Shown here: piece by piece, positions 1-13,302 of the stretch
How positions within the stretch are numbered: the first letter of the stretch is position 1
Layout: each line of letters begins with the position of its first letter
From: Amphiscolops sp. MND2022
Taxonomy: Eukaryota
Assembly: GCA_964187785.1 (NCBI GenBank)
Contig: OZ076409.1
Span: 3,350,001-3,414,000 of the forward strand
Direction: 5' to 3'
Length of the DNA stretch: 64,000 nt
Notes under the pieces: generated by a model
Databases searched by the model: none
What the model was told of the DNA's origin: nothing
Seen by the model: only the letters and a program-made list of their open reading frames with translations
Translations under genes and position numbers: made by a program

Positions 1-986
1 TTGCGATCACGCTTCATTTGGAAAAATAACTGAATGGGAGACTTTCGAGAAAAACTTTTCGGCTCGTCGAAAAATGACATTCTATACTACTTTCGATGAA
101 GTATTAAAAATAATCAAAATCAACTTGAAACTTGTCTTATAATTGGGATCACTAGCAAAGAAGAAAATTGAGGGCTATGTTTTTGGAAAATGTCACTTTT
201 TGTCATGACAAAGTCATGAATAACTGTATTACAATAACAAAATTTCGTTGAATACCACAGCCAATCAAAAAGTCAGCCAATCACAATTCAACACGTTGGA
301 CGAGGCCAAGAAGGTGGACGAGCGGGCCAGAAAAAGAATGGACAGAACTTGCTGCACTGATTTCAACTGTACTGAATAATCTCATCTTAATCAAACTTTC
401 TCACTTATCATAATAAAACTAATCTTTCTATACAATTTGTATTTTCTCTAAGTTAGAAAGCTGAGCAAAGGAGAATTGACCCAACTGAACATTCGAAAAT
501 AACAAGTTCTATAAAGTTGAATGTCTCTAAAACTAAATCAAAAAGCCGCTCGAAAACGCTCGACTTTTGCACCATCATTTCTCGACAAGAAATAAAAACG
601 CGAAAATCGGCTCCACTCAAATAATCATCTTTCAGAAAAACGGTTGGAAGCGGGAAATTGAAATGAGAAAAACCAATTTCTAACAGAATGAAATGATCCG
701 CGGCATTTTCATGTTGAAGAAAGAAATGACAAAAAACAGGGCGAAACCTAATTCGGGAATTTTTTACATGGTCGTCATAATTCGAAAATTGAATCGGTAT
801 GTATCCATGTACACAGTCAATTTTTAAAGTTACCACGAAACTTCCCCAATTGCTTGGTGCGAAATTCACCGGAATTGTTGATTTTTTCTCTAAACGCAAC
901 CCCGACGGATTCAAGAAGATGAAAGCTATAAAACTATGGCGGGGACACTTACCCAAAGACAGTACAAATCTGAGATGGCTAATAAT

Positions 987-1462
987 CAGGGATTGGAGAA
1001 TATCAAATAAAATTCAATTGATATTCGAAAATGGCACAATAAATTAATTGCAATTTTCGAAATTCTCCAATTTAATTGGCCAGAAAACACTTTTTGAAAC
1101 TTTATTCATAACATATCACAATCAGAAATAATATTCTGAACAAGTTTTTTTTATATCCCAAAATCGCTTACTTATTTTCAAAAACAATTGGGCTTCATAG
1201 TTTTCGGGCGACATTCGTGAGAAATTAGCAGCCGGAATTACGTTGATATTTGCCAAGTATGCATTCAATTCATTTAGCTATTCTAGCTATGCATGCTTGG
1301 CTATACAAATATGTCCGAGAAATAGGCTTAGATATTGCAATTGATTGGTTTCCATTGCCTATTTTCCAATAAATTAATTGATCGTCTTAAAATTACCCAA
1401 TAAATTTTCATTGAAAAATTGCAATTTATTGTTAATCAATCCCATCAATTTTCCAATCCCTG
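987..1462. mobile_element. hAT-type MITE (476 bp)
   Basis: TIR CAGGGATTGGA / TCCAATCCCTG; perfect 8-bp TSD CTAATAAT (979-986, 1463-1470). Confidence 0.9.
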
Positions 1463-1804
1463 CTAATAATTTCTGGAAGCAGCAGCGTTGGGATATTTAG
1501 TAAGGACGTATGAGGGAAGCAGGATGGTATGACATGGTGGTATGGGAGTTAGGAAAAACAATAAACATGCTCGGTTGGAATTTGGGAGCAGTCATAAGTG
1601 CTGGATGAGTTGGAATGTTGTTGTGTTGTGCTGTCCTGTTATTTATATTGAGCAGAATCGGCCTTTGTTGACAGTCAATGAAGCGAGGAGTCGTGCAAAC
1701 GCACCAACAAAGCACCCAAAGAGGAGAGATCAATTGAGCACAAGCAAATAAAAAGATAAAAGCAGCAGCCAAAACCACTACTACCTACACCACAACTGCT
1801 GATA

Positions 1805-2186
1805 ACAAGCCGGGAACGGCCCAAGTCGGCGCCATATACAAGGCTCAAAAATAGCAAAAGGACTTCAAAATTTCCAAGTATTGGTGAATTGGGACTACTT
1901 TTATGAAAAAAAAAAATTGAAAAAGTCTCACAATGCCGAAAAAACTGAAAGGGGACCTTTTGGAATTTTCAACATCCATTCTGTCGCAAAACTCAAAAAA
2001 AAACTGAAAGAGGGATCCTTTAGTCTCGTCCGGTATTGTATGTTATGCGAGAAACCTTTTTGGTTCAATTCCTTGGGCCAACAGGTACAATTTGGCGTCT
2101 TCTTAAAATTTTGTAGAACTTTTGGTAGAACTATTTTGGACAGTTGAGGTGCATCGAAAAAAAACTGACGAAAAGCGCCGACTAAA
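1805..2186 (-). mobile_element. HINE/DINE-1-like non-autonomous Helentron copy
   Basis: Begins ACAAGCCGGGAACGGCCCAAGTCGGCGCC and ends CGCCGACTAAA; shared internal core; no TSD. Confidence 0.8.
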
Positions 2187-2632
2187 TAACACAAATAAAC
2201 CAAACAAAACAATTGTCGTCTTCCAACACAAATACTAGCAAAATAAAAAGTTTTATTCTCCTGTCAGTTTGGTAGGCATTGAGAGAAAGCAAGAAACTAA
2301 CAAGCCCATTTTGATGTCATTTTCAACGAACGAGAGAACCTACAAAGAATGTTAAGAGCCCTTGACTACAAAATCAACGACGTGAAAAAGAACAAAAAAG
2401 AATGAAAAAAGGGGACTTTTCAGACAGTAGTTTGCCTAATCGTGCTTGTCACTTGAGTCTTTTTGCGAGAAAGTGAAAGACATACATCACATCACAGTGC
2501 AATCTAGTATTCACAACCGGCAGAACCAATTCACGCGTAGAGAAAGGCGTGAAAATCCATTTGGTTGCTGCAATTTAGCGGAATGAACAAAATGACGACA
2601 GGCACAAAAACAGGGACAACGCCTTCTGGTTA

Positions 2633-2925
2633 CTAGGTGAACCAAAAAAGGGAACGAAAAAATATTCACGCTCTAAAAGTGTAATATTTGTAAGAACGAC
2701 ACTGATAATGTTTCACTTTCTCTGTCAATCATCCTCCTCTCCTTACGTAATCTTTCACGAAATCTTCAACAAAGAATGATCCAAACCTTCAGAACAAGTC
2801 TACACGTCTTTACCAGTCATTTCGGTCACACTTCTGATGTGTGAAAGTTCATTTGCTTCGAAGAAAAGTTGTAAAATTGAATGACTAACAAGCTGAGTTT
2901 AAATCTTCAAAAGATGTTGACAAAT
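2633..2925. mobile_element. Partial Tc1/mariner-type MITE (CTAGGTGAACC family)
   Basis: TA+CTAGGTGAACCAAAAA end and body similar to copies at 24854 and 26335-26701; right end not found. Confidence 0.6.
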
Positions 2926-4197
2926 ATTTACACAGAGGCGAAGCTATGCTTCGCAAACACTTGCGCAGAAGGTTGCGAACTTTTAAAGAAAACCAAATAA
3001 CCAAGTGTAAAATAACATTGTTGAAATTTCATCAATTTTACAGCGCCAAAAAATAGCCGAAAGGATACGCATAAATCTCGAAAACCATTCTTCCCCAAAC
3101 GGAAAACAGCAAAAAAGCCATCTTTCTCAACCGGAAACATTTAAAAACATAGGCGCAAAGGAATTTGCGCACGGCTTCGAGCGACAGGTCCCGCAGCCAT
3201 AATTGACTATCATCATGTGCATTTGAACCATATTACCAAGTTATTAGCTATGACGAATAGCTAAGGTTATATACGGCACGAGAATGCTCAAAATACAATG
3301 AAATTGAACAGAATTGCGGGTATTAATCCTATGAAGCTCAACTTTTTCGGCCTTTACCACTATATAAAAGGAAGGGCTGCCCTAGTTATCAATAGGACGG
3401 TTGATATGTGCCATCACTAGCAAGTATACTTTCAGTTCTAAAAATTAGCTGAATTGTGCATCAAACAACCTTCCAGCATCAGTGGGCACCGTTGGAAACG
3501 TATTCCAGAGGATGAATAACCTGTTAAAATTTGCGAATGGGGCAAAATCACGAAAAGATCCGAAATCAATTTTGTTTTCAATACAACGTAGTTGAATATC
3601 ATTGCACAGCGAGGTGTGAATATAACTTAGTGTTGTCTTGATTTAATCGTTGCATATGACATCAAATCTCTCAGGAATATTGCGGTAATGCATACTACCT
3701 TCTGTGCAGATATTCACTGGATAGAATACGTTAAGAACGGAAATTTCGCGGTTTTACGCTTCAAACAACAACATCATCAATAACTAACGGTGAGTATGTA
3801 CTCCAGTGGTCCAATATGATCTCACTCTCGAAAACCCATACATCGAGAGGTCTGAAAAAAACTTTGGTTTTCGACATCAAAAATGGACAAAAAAACTATT
3901 CACCGAAAATTTTACAGGCATGAGACAAAGCAAATCAATGAGCAATTATGGAGTATATGATTCAATGTACATTGCCGATAGGTCTTCGAGCATTTTTACA
4001 TTTTCAACTAGCAGTATAAATAAATAAAAACCTTCCAAGGATGAAGTCAGCATTTTTAACAACAGCCGTGCAAATAAGACAGTAGGAGGGTTACTAGGGG
4101 TAATCAGACCGCAATCTATGCATTTTTACAAGACCGATCCGGTAACTTCGTCTATTTCACTCCTTCCTAAGATTAGTTTGGAAAATGTATATTTAAA

Positions 4198-4855
4198 AAG
4201 CCGGGACCGGCCCAAGTCGGCGCCATATCCAAGGCTCAAAAATAGCAAAAAGACTTCCAAGTGTCAAGTATTCGTTTACAGTAGTCGAAACTCGAAAATT
4301 TTTCGAAAATTTTTTTTTGAAAAAATTACATACTAAAAAAATGGACCGAGTGGCGCGCTAACGTCTCACAATGCCGAAAAACTGAAAAGGGGGACCCTTT
4401 GAGGTTTTTCAACATCCATTCTGTCGCAAAACATGAAAAAATTGAAGAAAAAAATTTTTTTATTTTCGGGAGAAAATCTCACAATGCCGAAAAAAACTGA
4501 AAGGAGGAACCCTTTGGGATTTTCCAACATCCATTCTGTCGCAAAACATCAAAAAAAATGCAGGGGGGACCCTTTGCGGAAAAAAAATTTCGAAAAAAAA
4601 TCCGAAAAAAATGTCTCGCAGTGCCGAAAAAAAATGAAAGGGGGGACTCTTTGGTCTCGCCCGGTATGATATGTTACGCGGAAAAACAGGTAAATTCATT
4701 TTGGTCCAGTTCGCTAGGCCAAATGGTGCTATTTGACACCATAATATTTTGTAGAACTTTTAAGAACTATTTTGGTCAGTTCGTGTGGATTGAAAAAAAA
4801 AAAAGAAAAGTCACTATAATAGTCGCGTTTCACTTCATGAAGCGCCGACTAAAAA
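4198..4855 (-). mobile_element. HINE/DINE-1-like copy with internal tandem core units
   Basis: Same termini as the family; repeated core TCTCACAATGCCGAAAA..GGGGACCCTTTG..CAACATCCATTCTGTCGCAAAAC; closely similar to the inverted copy at 58803-59490. Confidence 0.85.
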
Positions 4856-5699
4856 TTGAAGGATCAAATATTCATTTATTTCAAGATTCGTAGTAAAGCA
4901 CAATTTGTATAATATACAATGAACTGCCCGAAAATCCAACAACATTTAAATCTTCACCAACAAATTCAGTTCCAACAATTTGTTGAGTTTTTGGATGGTC
5001 TCGAAGTATTAGGCTCCGAGAAAATAGGCCAAAACTTTTACAAAATTGAATAAAGAGAGCAATTTATCAAAAATTCAAAAAATTTGAACTTTTTTGTCTC
5101 TATCTGTCCGACGTAAACGTTGTGACTTTCCAATTTCTAACTTTGGGCAGCTAAGCAGACCTGTTATCGAGTAGAAACACCCATGCTTGGATTAGAACTG
5201 ATTGCTACTTGAAAATAGGTTGAGAAATTTTTTACGCAAAAAAACCGAAAATTTTTCCTATTTTTAATGGTCATTTTCGCAAAGCCCAATAATTCTAGGA
5301 TAAAAAAACTTTCACCAAATTAAAGAAAACATCGTTTTACGTCGGTTAGTACCTACATCGGGCCAATTCGCTGTGGTTTGCGAAAAGAAAAATAGCAAAA
5401 TCGACAAAAACCCTAAAAATTTTCGAAAATTTCGCGCTTTCGAAGCTAATAAAATCGCGCCGGTGGAAAATTTTCGGAAAGTTTTTACACGGTTAGAAAG
5501 AGCATCAAGTTGCGTTTCTTTTTGGAAAGTTTGGATGGTCGCGGAAAAATAGGCTCTGAGAAAATAGCCTTCAATTAATACAAATGCAGAGGGTATGTCA
5601 CGCGAAAAAAAACCAAAACGCTAGTAAACGCGGAACAATAGAGACTTCGTCGCTTCGCTTCGCTCGCTCGAAGCCTCAAAAAACAGAAAAACAAGGAAA

Positions 5700-6160
5700 A
5701 AGAAATCGAATTTTTGCGGAAAAATTTTTTGAAGAAGGCCTCCGGTAAGTCGCATAGTGCCGAAAACCTTGAGCAGTCCTTTATGGTCGCAAAACGTTTC
5801 ATTTTAAGTAAAAATTGAGGGAGGGAGCTTCGATGAAAACAAATTAGAAAAAAGTAGCATAGAAAAAACGCCGGTCTTTAAAAAAAAACAAAATTCGGAT
5901 ATAGCGGGCAGGGCCTCAGAAAACCTAATTTTAAGACAAAAATTATTCATTTTGAAATTTCTCACAATGCCGAAAACTGTAGATGGGGGCCCTTTGAGAT
6001 TTTTTAACAACCATTCTGTTGCAAAATATCAAAACAAATTGAAGGGAGGTCCCTTTGAGGACATTAAAAAATTTTCGAAAAAAGTCTCACAAAGCCGAAA
6101 AAGGGAGGAGCCTTATAGTGCCGAAAAATTGAGAACCTTCTGCTTCGGAATACTTGTAAA
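5700..6160 (-). mobile_element. Partial HINE-family core
   Basis: Core motifs GTCGCATAGTGCCGAAAA, CTCACAATGCCGAAAA and CCATTCTGTTGCAAAATATC; termini not identified; boundaries approximate. Confidence 0.6.
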
Positions 6161-6166
6161 AAATTA

Positions 6167-6240
6167 GCGCGTACTCACGGGTTCGAACACGAACCCTCTG
6201 GGTTGAAAAGCAAGCATCTTACCACTCGACCACGAACGCC
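6167..6240 (-). pseudogene. tRNA-derived sequence (SINE head or tRNA pseudogene; possible TTC/Glu anticodon)
   Basis: Minus strand reads GGCGTTCGTGGTCGAGTGGTAAGATGCTTGCTTTTCAACCCAGAGGGTTCGTGTTCGAACCCGTGAGTACGCGC. It has an A-box-like TGGTCGAGTGG, a B-box-like GTTCGAACC and tRNA length; stems are imperfect. Confidence 0.6.
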
Positions 6241-6979
6241 TGAACTATGCGACTTGCGGGCTGAAACGAGAGAGTTGTCGCGCGGAAAAAAAGCACCCGC
6301 ACTTTCCCATAACACTTGCTTATCGCAAGTGTAATGACAAAGGATATAGACCCGTTTTCCATTATACAAATTTCGGCTCCATTTCACATCAGAACGGAAC
6401 TGAGTTCAAAGCCGGACAGATTTTTTCGGTCTCAGAAGCAATTTCTTTTCGAATTTTATCAGAATTACAACGGTATTCTTTTAAAACCGGAGAAAAATTA
6501 CAAAAGTTTTATCATTTGGCTAACCGCGAACTTTGGCATTTTGCGATTCATATCGTGCATTTTCACGAAAACCGTGATAAATTCAGGAAAGCATTTTCAA
6601 AAAAGTGTTGATTATAAAAGGTGGAGAACAGTGAGGGTCAAGGCTTCAAAAAAGTGATTTTAGGTTTCGAATGAATATTGCGACTAATTGCAGGTGGTAG
6701 TGCCAAAGTATTAAATTAACCCTTAAAATAACTTAAGAACCTGACTATAGTAGCTTCTAAAATTATGCAGTTTGTTGTATATTGCAAAGTGTTTGAAAAG
6801 TGCTTTTTTGGATACTGAAAAGCCTGGAAAGTTTCTCAGCATTTCTGAATTTCTCAGCAGCCAGGAAAGTTTTCTCAGCCTGGAAAGTTTCCTTTCAACA
6901 CCTTTTTACTACACCAACACCGTGGCGTTATGAAACATCAAAGAACCCTATAAATGTATAGAAGTCTTTCACTCGGCGC

Positions 6980-7475
6980 CAGGGTTGTCAAAAAAATTCG
7001 CACCGATTTATACCGCGATTCAATTCGATTTTTTATCGATATTTTTTGATCGTCTTTTTTGACATCCCAATTTTGTAAAATCACAAGCTACACTTGGCAA
7101 AACACACAATACACTTGGATGTTGCTTTGACAATTCTGGGTTTATGTCCTTTAGCTCTGCCTCAATTGAACGGGGATTCAGTACTATGAGATCTCTATAC
7201 TCACTCGCTATATATACTTGCTATACTCAATCAGAATTGCGGAACAAATTGTCTCACGAGAAAGCTTAGAAACTGAGCTTTTGCTAAAAAATACTAAAAT
7301 TGAAATTTTCGATGCATTTTGTTGAAATATTTAATTTGTATACCACAATTTAGGTATTTCACACCCCGCGTTTTGATAGAAATTGTCGAGAAACGGCTTT
7401 GCAAAAAAATCGATTTAAATCGCTACTTTTATGAGAAAAAAAGTTCAAAAACGACGTTTTTCTAAACAACTACTA
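6980..7475 (+). mobile_element. hAT deletion derivative (496 bp) retaining a dimerisation-domain remnant
   Basis: Starts CAGGGTTGTC; degenerate right TIR; TSD CTCGGCGC / CACGGCGC (7/8). Internal translation gives SSASIERGFSTMRSLY..ELRNKLSHEKA. Confidence 0.75.
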
Positions 7476-8364
7476 CACGGCGCCCATTTTGTACGGGTGA
7501 TTGACGGGACAAATTTGGAATGAGCGTGGTGACAAAATGAAATAGGAAAGAAGGGAGAAAGAGAAAACTAAAGCACTCACGTGTAGCTAACTGGCAGGAA
7601 AGGTAATGGCGGTAAAACATAAAATGGCCATCTTGAATGACGCAGTCTGAATTTTCAATGAGAAAGATAACAGCCTCACAGACCCTGTCAACTTCATACA
7701 GAACTTTGCAAATTCCTGCAGCCGCCTTTTGAGCACATGGAATGAATGCAGTGGATAGTCAACCGATGCACGTCTACGTATGAAGGAGGAAAGCGTGTAA
7801 TGTAAAAAAATCTTTAAAAATCAGATAAGCGCGGTGCACATTTGCATTTCAGCATAATTCGAGGTCAAAAAATGTGGCGAGTTCGATTTGACAGTGAATG
7901 AAAAGTAGAGATGATGGATTGGCTGTTGTTACGAGGAGAGAGAATAAAGAACAATGCCAAAGCAGTGAAAAAGTTAGGTCTTCAGCGCCATAGAGAGACT
8001 GAGAGAGAATGAGAGAGAGGGAGAGAACTCTACGCCTCTACTTGAAGCAACAAAATTAAAATTCCCAACTGAGCTAGCCACAGATTCTTGTCACAACCAC
8101 CCAACCCTATCATTCGCCTATCATTCCTTATTTCACACTTCTTTTTTCCTTCAACGGAACAGCAGCCTTGGACACATGTAATCAAGTCAATCAATCAATC
8201 AATCAATCAAGACATCAATTGTTGTTTTGTGCCCTAATTTTCTTCCAATCAACACAACACAACACAGTTTAATTCAAGCAACAATGGTCACTACTGTCTG
8301 CACTCTTTTTCCACCGCCGAGCCATTCAACATATAGCTACGGTTTATTTCATTGTGGATGGAAA

Positions 8365-8680
8365 ACAAGCCGGGAACGGCCCAAGTCGGCGGCGCCATAT
8401 CTAAGGCTCAACGAATTGTGAAATTTTGGGGAAAAATCGGAAAAAAAATTCAAATGAAAACGTTATATCCGAACTTTGAAAACGGTGCATCGGAACTTTG
8501 AAAACGTTGCATCCAAACTTTGAAAACGGTGTATCCGAACTTTGAAACGTTATATCCGAACTAAAATATCTGGGCTAAAATGTTGAACAAATGAACAAAA
8601 AAGTGGACTATTCAGAAAGAAAAACTACCCACTGTAATAGTCGGGTTTTTTTCCTTAAGGGAACAGGAGCCGACTAAAAA
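8365..8680 (-). mobile_element. HINE-family copy with an alternative 22-bp tandem core
   Basis: Family termini flank about five copies of AAAACGxTxxATCxGAACTTTG at 8457-8562. Confidence 0.8.
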
Positions 8681-11009
8681 ACATACATTCGACATAGTGC
8701 AGACAAAACACTGAAAAAAGGAAACCCAGCTACTGCTGTAATAATTCGAACATAGCGGGGTTATTGCGCAATCAAACACCAATTGCGCAAGAATTGTATC
8801 ATTCAAGATGATAGGCTAAAGTTCCCACTGGGCGGACGACGGCGCAAATATTAGAAAGAAGCGGCGATAGCAGCTTAGGCAACTTATGCTAATACCTCTA
8901 CACGTGACATGACGTGACGTAATCAAGACGGGGCCCGGAAGGATTTATTAGCCTTGTTGTTGTATTAACCTATCTTAATACATGTAAATCGACGAAATTT
9001 TACCTTTCGAGCCTGATTTTTCGAAAATGGTTGGTTATTTTTGAAATCGAAATACATCCATGGATTCGGTAGATTTGTGCGAGTTAATTGAGCATAAAAC
9101 ATGCCAAAAAAACTGTGGATAAAACGGTCAAAAATCGGAAAAAAAAAGAAAAAGTCCCCAATTTGCTCAAAATCAGCTGTTTGTAACTTTCTCAATTTTT
9201 GTCCCAGGAAAATTTCAAAAAACCTAATATAAACTAGATGAAATTCCAAACTTTTATTTCTAATGTTTTTCTAAATTCTCAACAAATTCCTAGAAAATTG
9301 AGTCTAAAATCGCTCCGGGGAACATTTTTTCTTAATCCCAATACTGTATCTTCTCGTTGACAGCAAATGAAACAAAGCTGGCTGCGCTGAATTTCGAAGC
9401 ATTGAATGGCTAGACTTTCCAATGTTGACTACTTATTAATACGTTCCACATGGAACAAAGAGCTGAATACGAAGAGCAAGCATTTGTTGCATTCACAGCA
9501 CACTATAGCTGGCTGGGATTAGGGCGAGCAAAAAATCACGCGCCATGACACGGAGCACTCTGATTGGCTAGAAAATCACGCAAATTCACGCGCGTGATTT
9601 TATGCTGGCCTTAGCTGGGATGAAGGAAGTTGATGGCTTAGCTTATTCTTCAATTCAATCAACCTCCACGCACGACATTGCTTCTCTGTCTGTCATTGCG
9701 ACATACTCAAGAGAATGGAGTTCTGCTGTCACTAACTAATCATGACTGCAATACACTGTGAATAAACAATGTCAAGGCCACTCACAGTTTTGACATCGCT
9801 AATTTTTTTCGCTAATCGCTAAACCGCTAATTTCAAAATCGCTATTTCGCTGAAAAGCTGTTTCTTCAAGCGATTAAATGTTTGTACTCAAGAATATTTT
9901 AAATATAAACGATAGCTTAATTCAATTTTTTGCGAGAAAAAACTAGAAAATTTCCCTCTTCAAAAAGGGTTGAAATGCATACATTAGAGATGAAAAATCT
10001 TCAAATAGGGCTCAAACATTCGCTATTCACTTTCAACTCGGGGTTTCAGAACGCTCTCAATTGAATGCAGAGATTGAAAGAGTGAAAAAATAAAGTGAAG
10101 AGCGATGACTATAAAAAAATTGAATGTGCCAATCAGGGTTGGACATTGTAACTAACTGTTTTTTTCGGTACTTGCTAGCTCCGATGGAAAGGAAAATGTG
10201 TCGACTAAAAAATTCTACTACTAGTTAAGGGTAAATGACCTTTCGAATTCTCATTTAACAGCAGGCTAAGCTATCAGCGAACACTATATAAATGAAGACT
10301 CGTTCACTCTATGTCAATAAAAGCGTCTCCCCTAGCTGCTAAAAACTATACGAGCTGCCGAGAGAACAGGTTGTAATAATTTTCTGATCGGAAATTTAAA
10401 AATAGCTGTCCGCGTTGATTAAAATTACATTGCTGCTACTTACGCCGAAAAAAATTAAATTGCAATAGTGAATTTTTCCATTCCAAAAGTCCTCATCAAA
10501 ATTTTTGGATAGTGCAGAAATTTGATAGTTTCAAACTAGGGGCTTCTTACTGAAAGCATCAAAATCTGGCTTTACTACCAGCTTTGCTTCTTGAAGAAGA
10601 GTAATGGTTGTCAAAACTGTCAAGCTTCAGTTAATTAGAGAAAACCCCACAGACTTAACGTCAATAAGACTAATCTCACGCAACTGCCAAGGAAATTAGA
10701 TTAGTAAAAGATATGATATAAGGAATCTCTCAACATCTGTTGAGCTCTATTTGTAAGAAAAAAGTTCAATTTCAGGCTTTTCAAGGAAAACACCGTATTT
10801 CCTACTTGAAATAGTATTAAAAATACATTTCTATTTTAATAGGCAGTGTATACACCATAAGCGATAAAAAACGTAATTGAAAAAACGTGAAAAGGGGGTG
10901 ATTATGGGGACGAATTAAGTAAAACGGTAAAAACAGCACTCCAACAAGAAGCCGGGAACTGCAAGTCGGCGCCGCACTAAGGTTCAAAAGGAGCAAAGTT
11001 TTTTTAATA

Positions 11010-11187
11010 CAGTAAACCCTCGATTATCCGCCACCATTGGTCCAGAGCGAATTATGGCGGATAAGTGAGAGTGGCGATTAATCAAGGGAGCTTAGACACG
11101 GGTGGTATAGCAAAATGTCCCCGTAGATTTGCGGCGGATGACCAAAGTTGGCGGATAATCGAGTGGCGGATAATCGAGGGTTTACTG
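11010..11187. mobile_element. pogo/Tigger-type MITE (178 bp) nested in a HINE fragment that begins near 10944
   Basis: Perfect 25-bp TIR CAGTAAACCCTCGATTATCCGCCAC; TA on both sides. Confidence 0.9.
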
Positions 11188-12701
11188 TATACAAAGGGAG
11201 ACGGTTGTGAAAAATTTCATCAAATTTATATTGCCGAAAAATACCCAAACGAATACCCATAAGACTAGGAAATTGTTTTTCCTGACTGCAAACATCGAAA
11301 ACCAAATTCTTTGCGAAAAAGAAGCTTTAAGCTCGCAAAACGCTTTTTCCAAGCCGAAAGCAACTATAAAAGTGACGGGGTTACCCTTCGACCAAATCAA
11401 TTTTTTCGAAAAAAAGTTGCAGTGTCGAAAAAACCCACAGGGCGATCATCTAGTGTCCCCTCTACTTTTGCGAGCATAAAAACTTTTCGTTCCAACGCAG
11501 GATTCGAACGTACGTACAGTGGAACTCGCTGCAAGAAACTCGCGTTAACCTGTAAGCCTTGTAGAATATAAATTTCAAATTATAGAAATGTGTCAGTTGG
11601 CTGATCTTCGAAATGATCGACTCAGAAAATCATAAGATCAAAAGTTTCTTCCTTGAGCGGATGGAAAGAGAAATACAGTAGTGATTCTAGAAAAAGCAAC
11701 AGAGCACCCGGAAAGAAAGCAAATAAACAAATATCATTGGCTGATCAAGGTCTCACGCGCTCATTTCATTAGTCGAGAGCGATTTCCAAAATAACATTTT
11801 TTAATTTTTTGAATTTTTGACCCACTTACAATTTTTTGATTTCAAAATAATTTTGACAGAAAAATTCTCCCAAACATTTCGAATCTGACAATATAATTTT
11901 TTCTCGAAAATATTCTAGATTGTAATAGTATGAGCTTGTTTTAAGTTGTTAAACTTCGAAATCGTATCTTAATACATGTATTTTCCAAAAATTGCACATT
12001 AAAATTTCTCTAAAATTTCAAGAAAAAGTTGACTAAAAGTGAGAAAAACCTCAATTTTGACCTAACTTTGGTTAAAAATGGCCTATCGTAACTGCTACAG
12101 TTTTCATCGCATAACCTTCAAATAAACATATTTGTAAACTAGATAAAAATCTAAGAAACTTTCACTTTTATCATTTTTCAAAAATCGCAGTTGTTTTAGA
12201 GATATTCGATTTTGAGATTTGCCTTTTGTTGCTTTTAGAAATATCACTATTGTAGATCAACCGAGATACGGGATAAGATGTTGGAGAAAATGTCGTTTTA
12301 AATAAATGTATAAGTTTGCTCGTCCCCCTTATGTTTAAACTGTTCTGTTTGTTTCTTTTTATAATCATCATTGCTACCTTTTTAAAAATCGTTCATTGTA
12401 TATGATTTTAAACAAGGAATTTAGTGTTTTTTACCAACTGTTACGAGGTGAAATAAAGTTCTTTCAACACTCGTGCTTTGAGGAAACATATGAAACTGAA
12501 ATCAGAACAGCGCAACTTGGCAAAAGAAGCAAATTGTTTACAAATATGGCTGTGGCGAATAGACAAAATGATCTAGAAAATTCAAGTTGTTTACACACAT
12601 TGATTCAATGCCATGTGATGAACAACTTCGTTTAAACAATATTTAATATCGCACACATTCGAATGGTTGAACGAAATATTCAGTTGACGAACACCACCAA
12701 C

Positions 12702-12921
12702 CTTGTGAGTGTGGAGTTGGGTCTTGTGTCCACAGGAGGCGCAGAACTTGAGCTGGCACGAGTGGCACCTGTGTCCGGCGGGGGTGGAGGAAGAGACGGG
12801 CTCGAACTTGACCTGGAAGCAGATCTGACACACACTCCCGTCCGCCATGCCCATGGACCTGCTCTGCTCCCCCAGCAGCCGCACGTCCTTCTCCAACTGT
12901 TCCAGCTCCCCACGCTGCCTC
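12702..12921 (-). CDS. RIMS (unc-10): RIM/UNC-10-like protein, second coding exon (Rab-binding helix plus first three CxxC pairs of the zinc finger)
   Basis: Acceptor TTTTAG|G at 12922 completes the phase-2 codon ACG, giving T-RQRGELEQLEKDVRLLGEQSRSMGMADGSVCQICFQVKF...GHRCHSCQLKFCASCGHKTQLHTHK. This matches RIM CGICHKTKF..GHNCSYCQTKFCARCG..SLRSNK. Donor AAG|GTTGGT at 12701. Confidence 0.9.
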
Positions 12922-13039
12922 CTAAAACACAGGGCAAAGGTCAGAGGTCAATCTATCTTTATACGTTTGAAACGTTTTTATAGATATTTTCAACTTTTTT
13001 AAATCACAAGTAATCTTGGGTAATTTGACGGAAGACATC

Positions 13040-13302
13040 AAGAAAATTGCCGATGCGCTTCTGGTTTTCATTCGAAGTTCGGCAGGCTTGGAACCAATTT
13101 TCAGCACCACGGGCTTCGTCCACAATCAAACACGGAATCGACTCTAAATCCAGAAAGCCAACGAACTTGCTTTCTGTCTTCGCACACTGCAGTGAACTCA
13201 GTTTTTAGGTAGTTTCGTGATACAAGAATTTATGTGATATATTTTATTGTTTTAAACGTTTTAAACACGATTTTTTCAAAATCTGTTTTTTTCCTAACCC
13301 TG
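13040..13302 (+). mobile_element. hAT remnant (dimerisation-domain fragment plus right TIR)
   Basis: Translates SSAGLEPIFSTTGFVHNQTRNRL*IQKANELAF; ends in TIR-like AACCCTG at 13302; left boundary approximate. Confidence 0.65.

Noticed and set aside
453..956. 167-aa minus-strand ORF
   Set aside because: No recognisable motif or splice context; likely a decayed repeat.
4360..4630. Regularly recurring motifs suggesting a CRISPR-like array
   Set aside because: The intervening sequences are also repeated; this is the tandem core of the HINE family in eukaryotic DNA, with no cas genes.
1..12701. Search for the next RIM exon (W-x-C-x-x-C)
   Set aside because: No convincing match was found by eye; it probably lies left of the window.
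12663..12983. Plus-strand 106-aa ORF
   Set aside because: It is the antisense shadow of the RIM exon.
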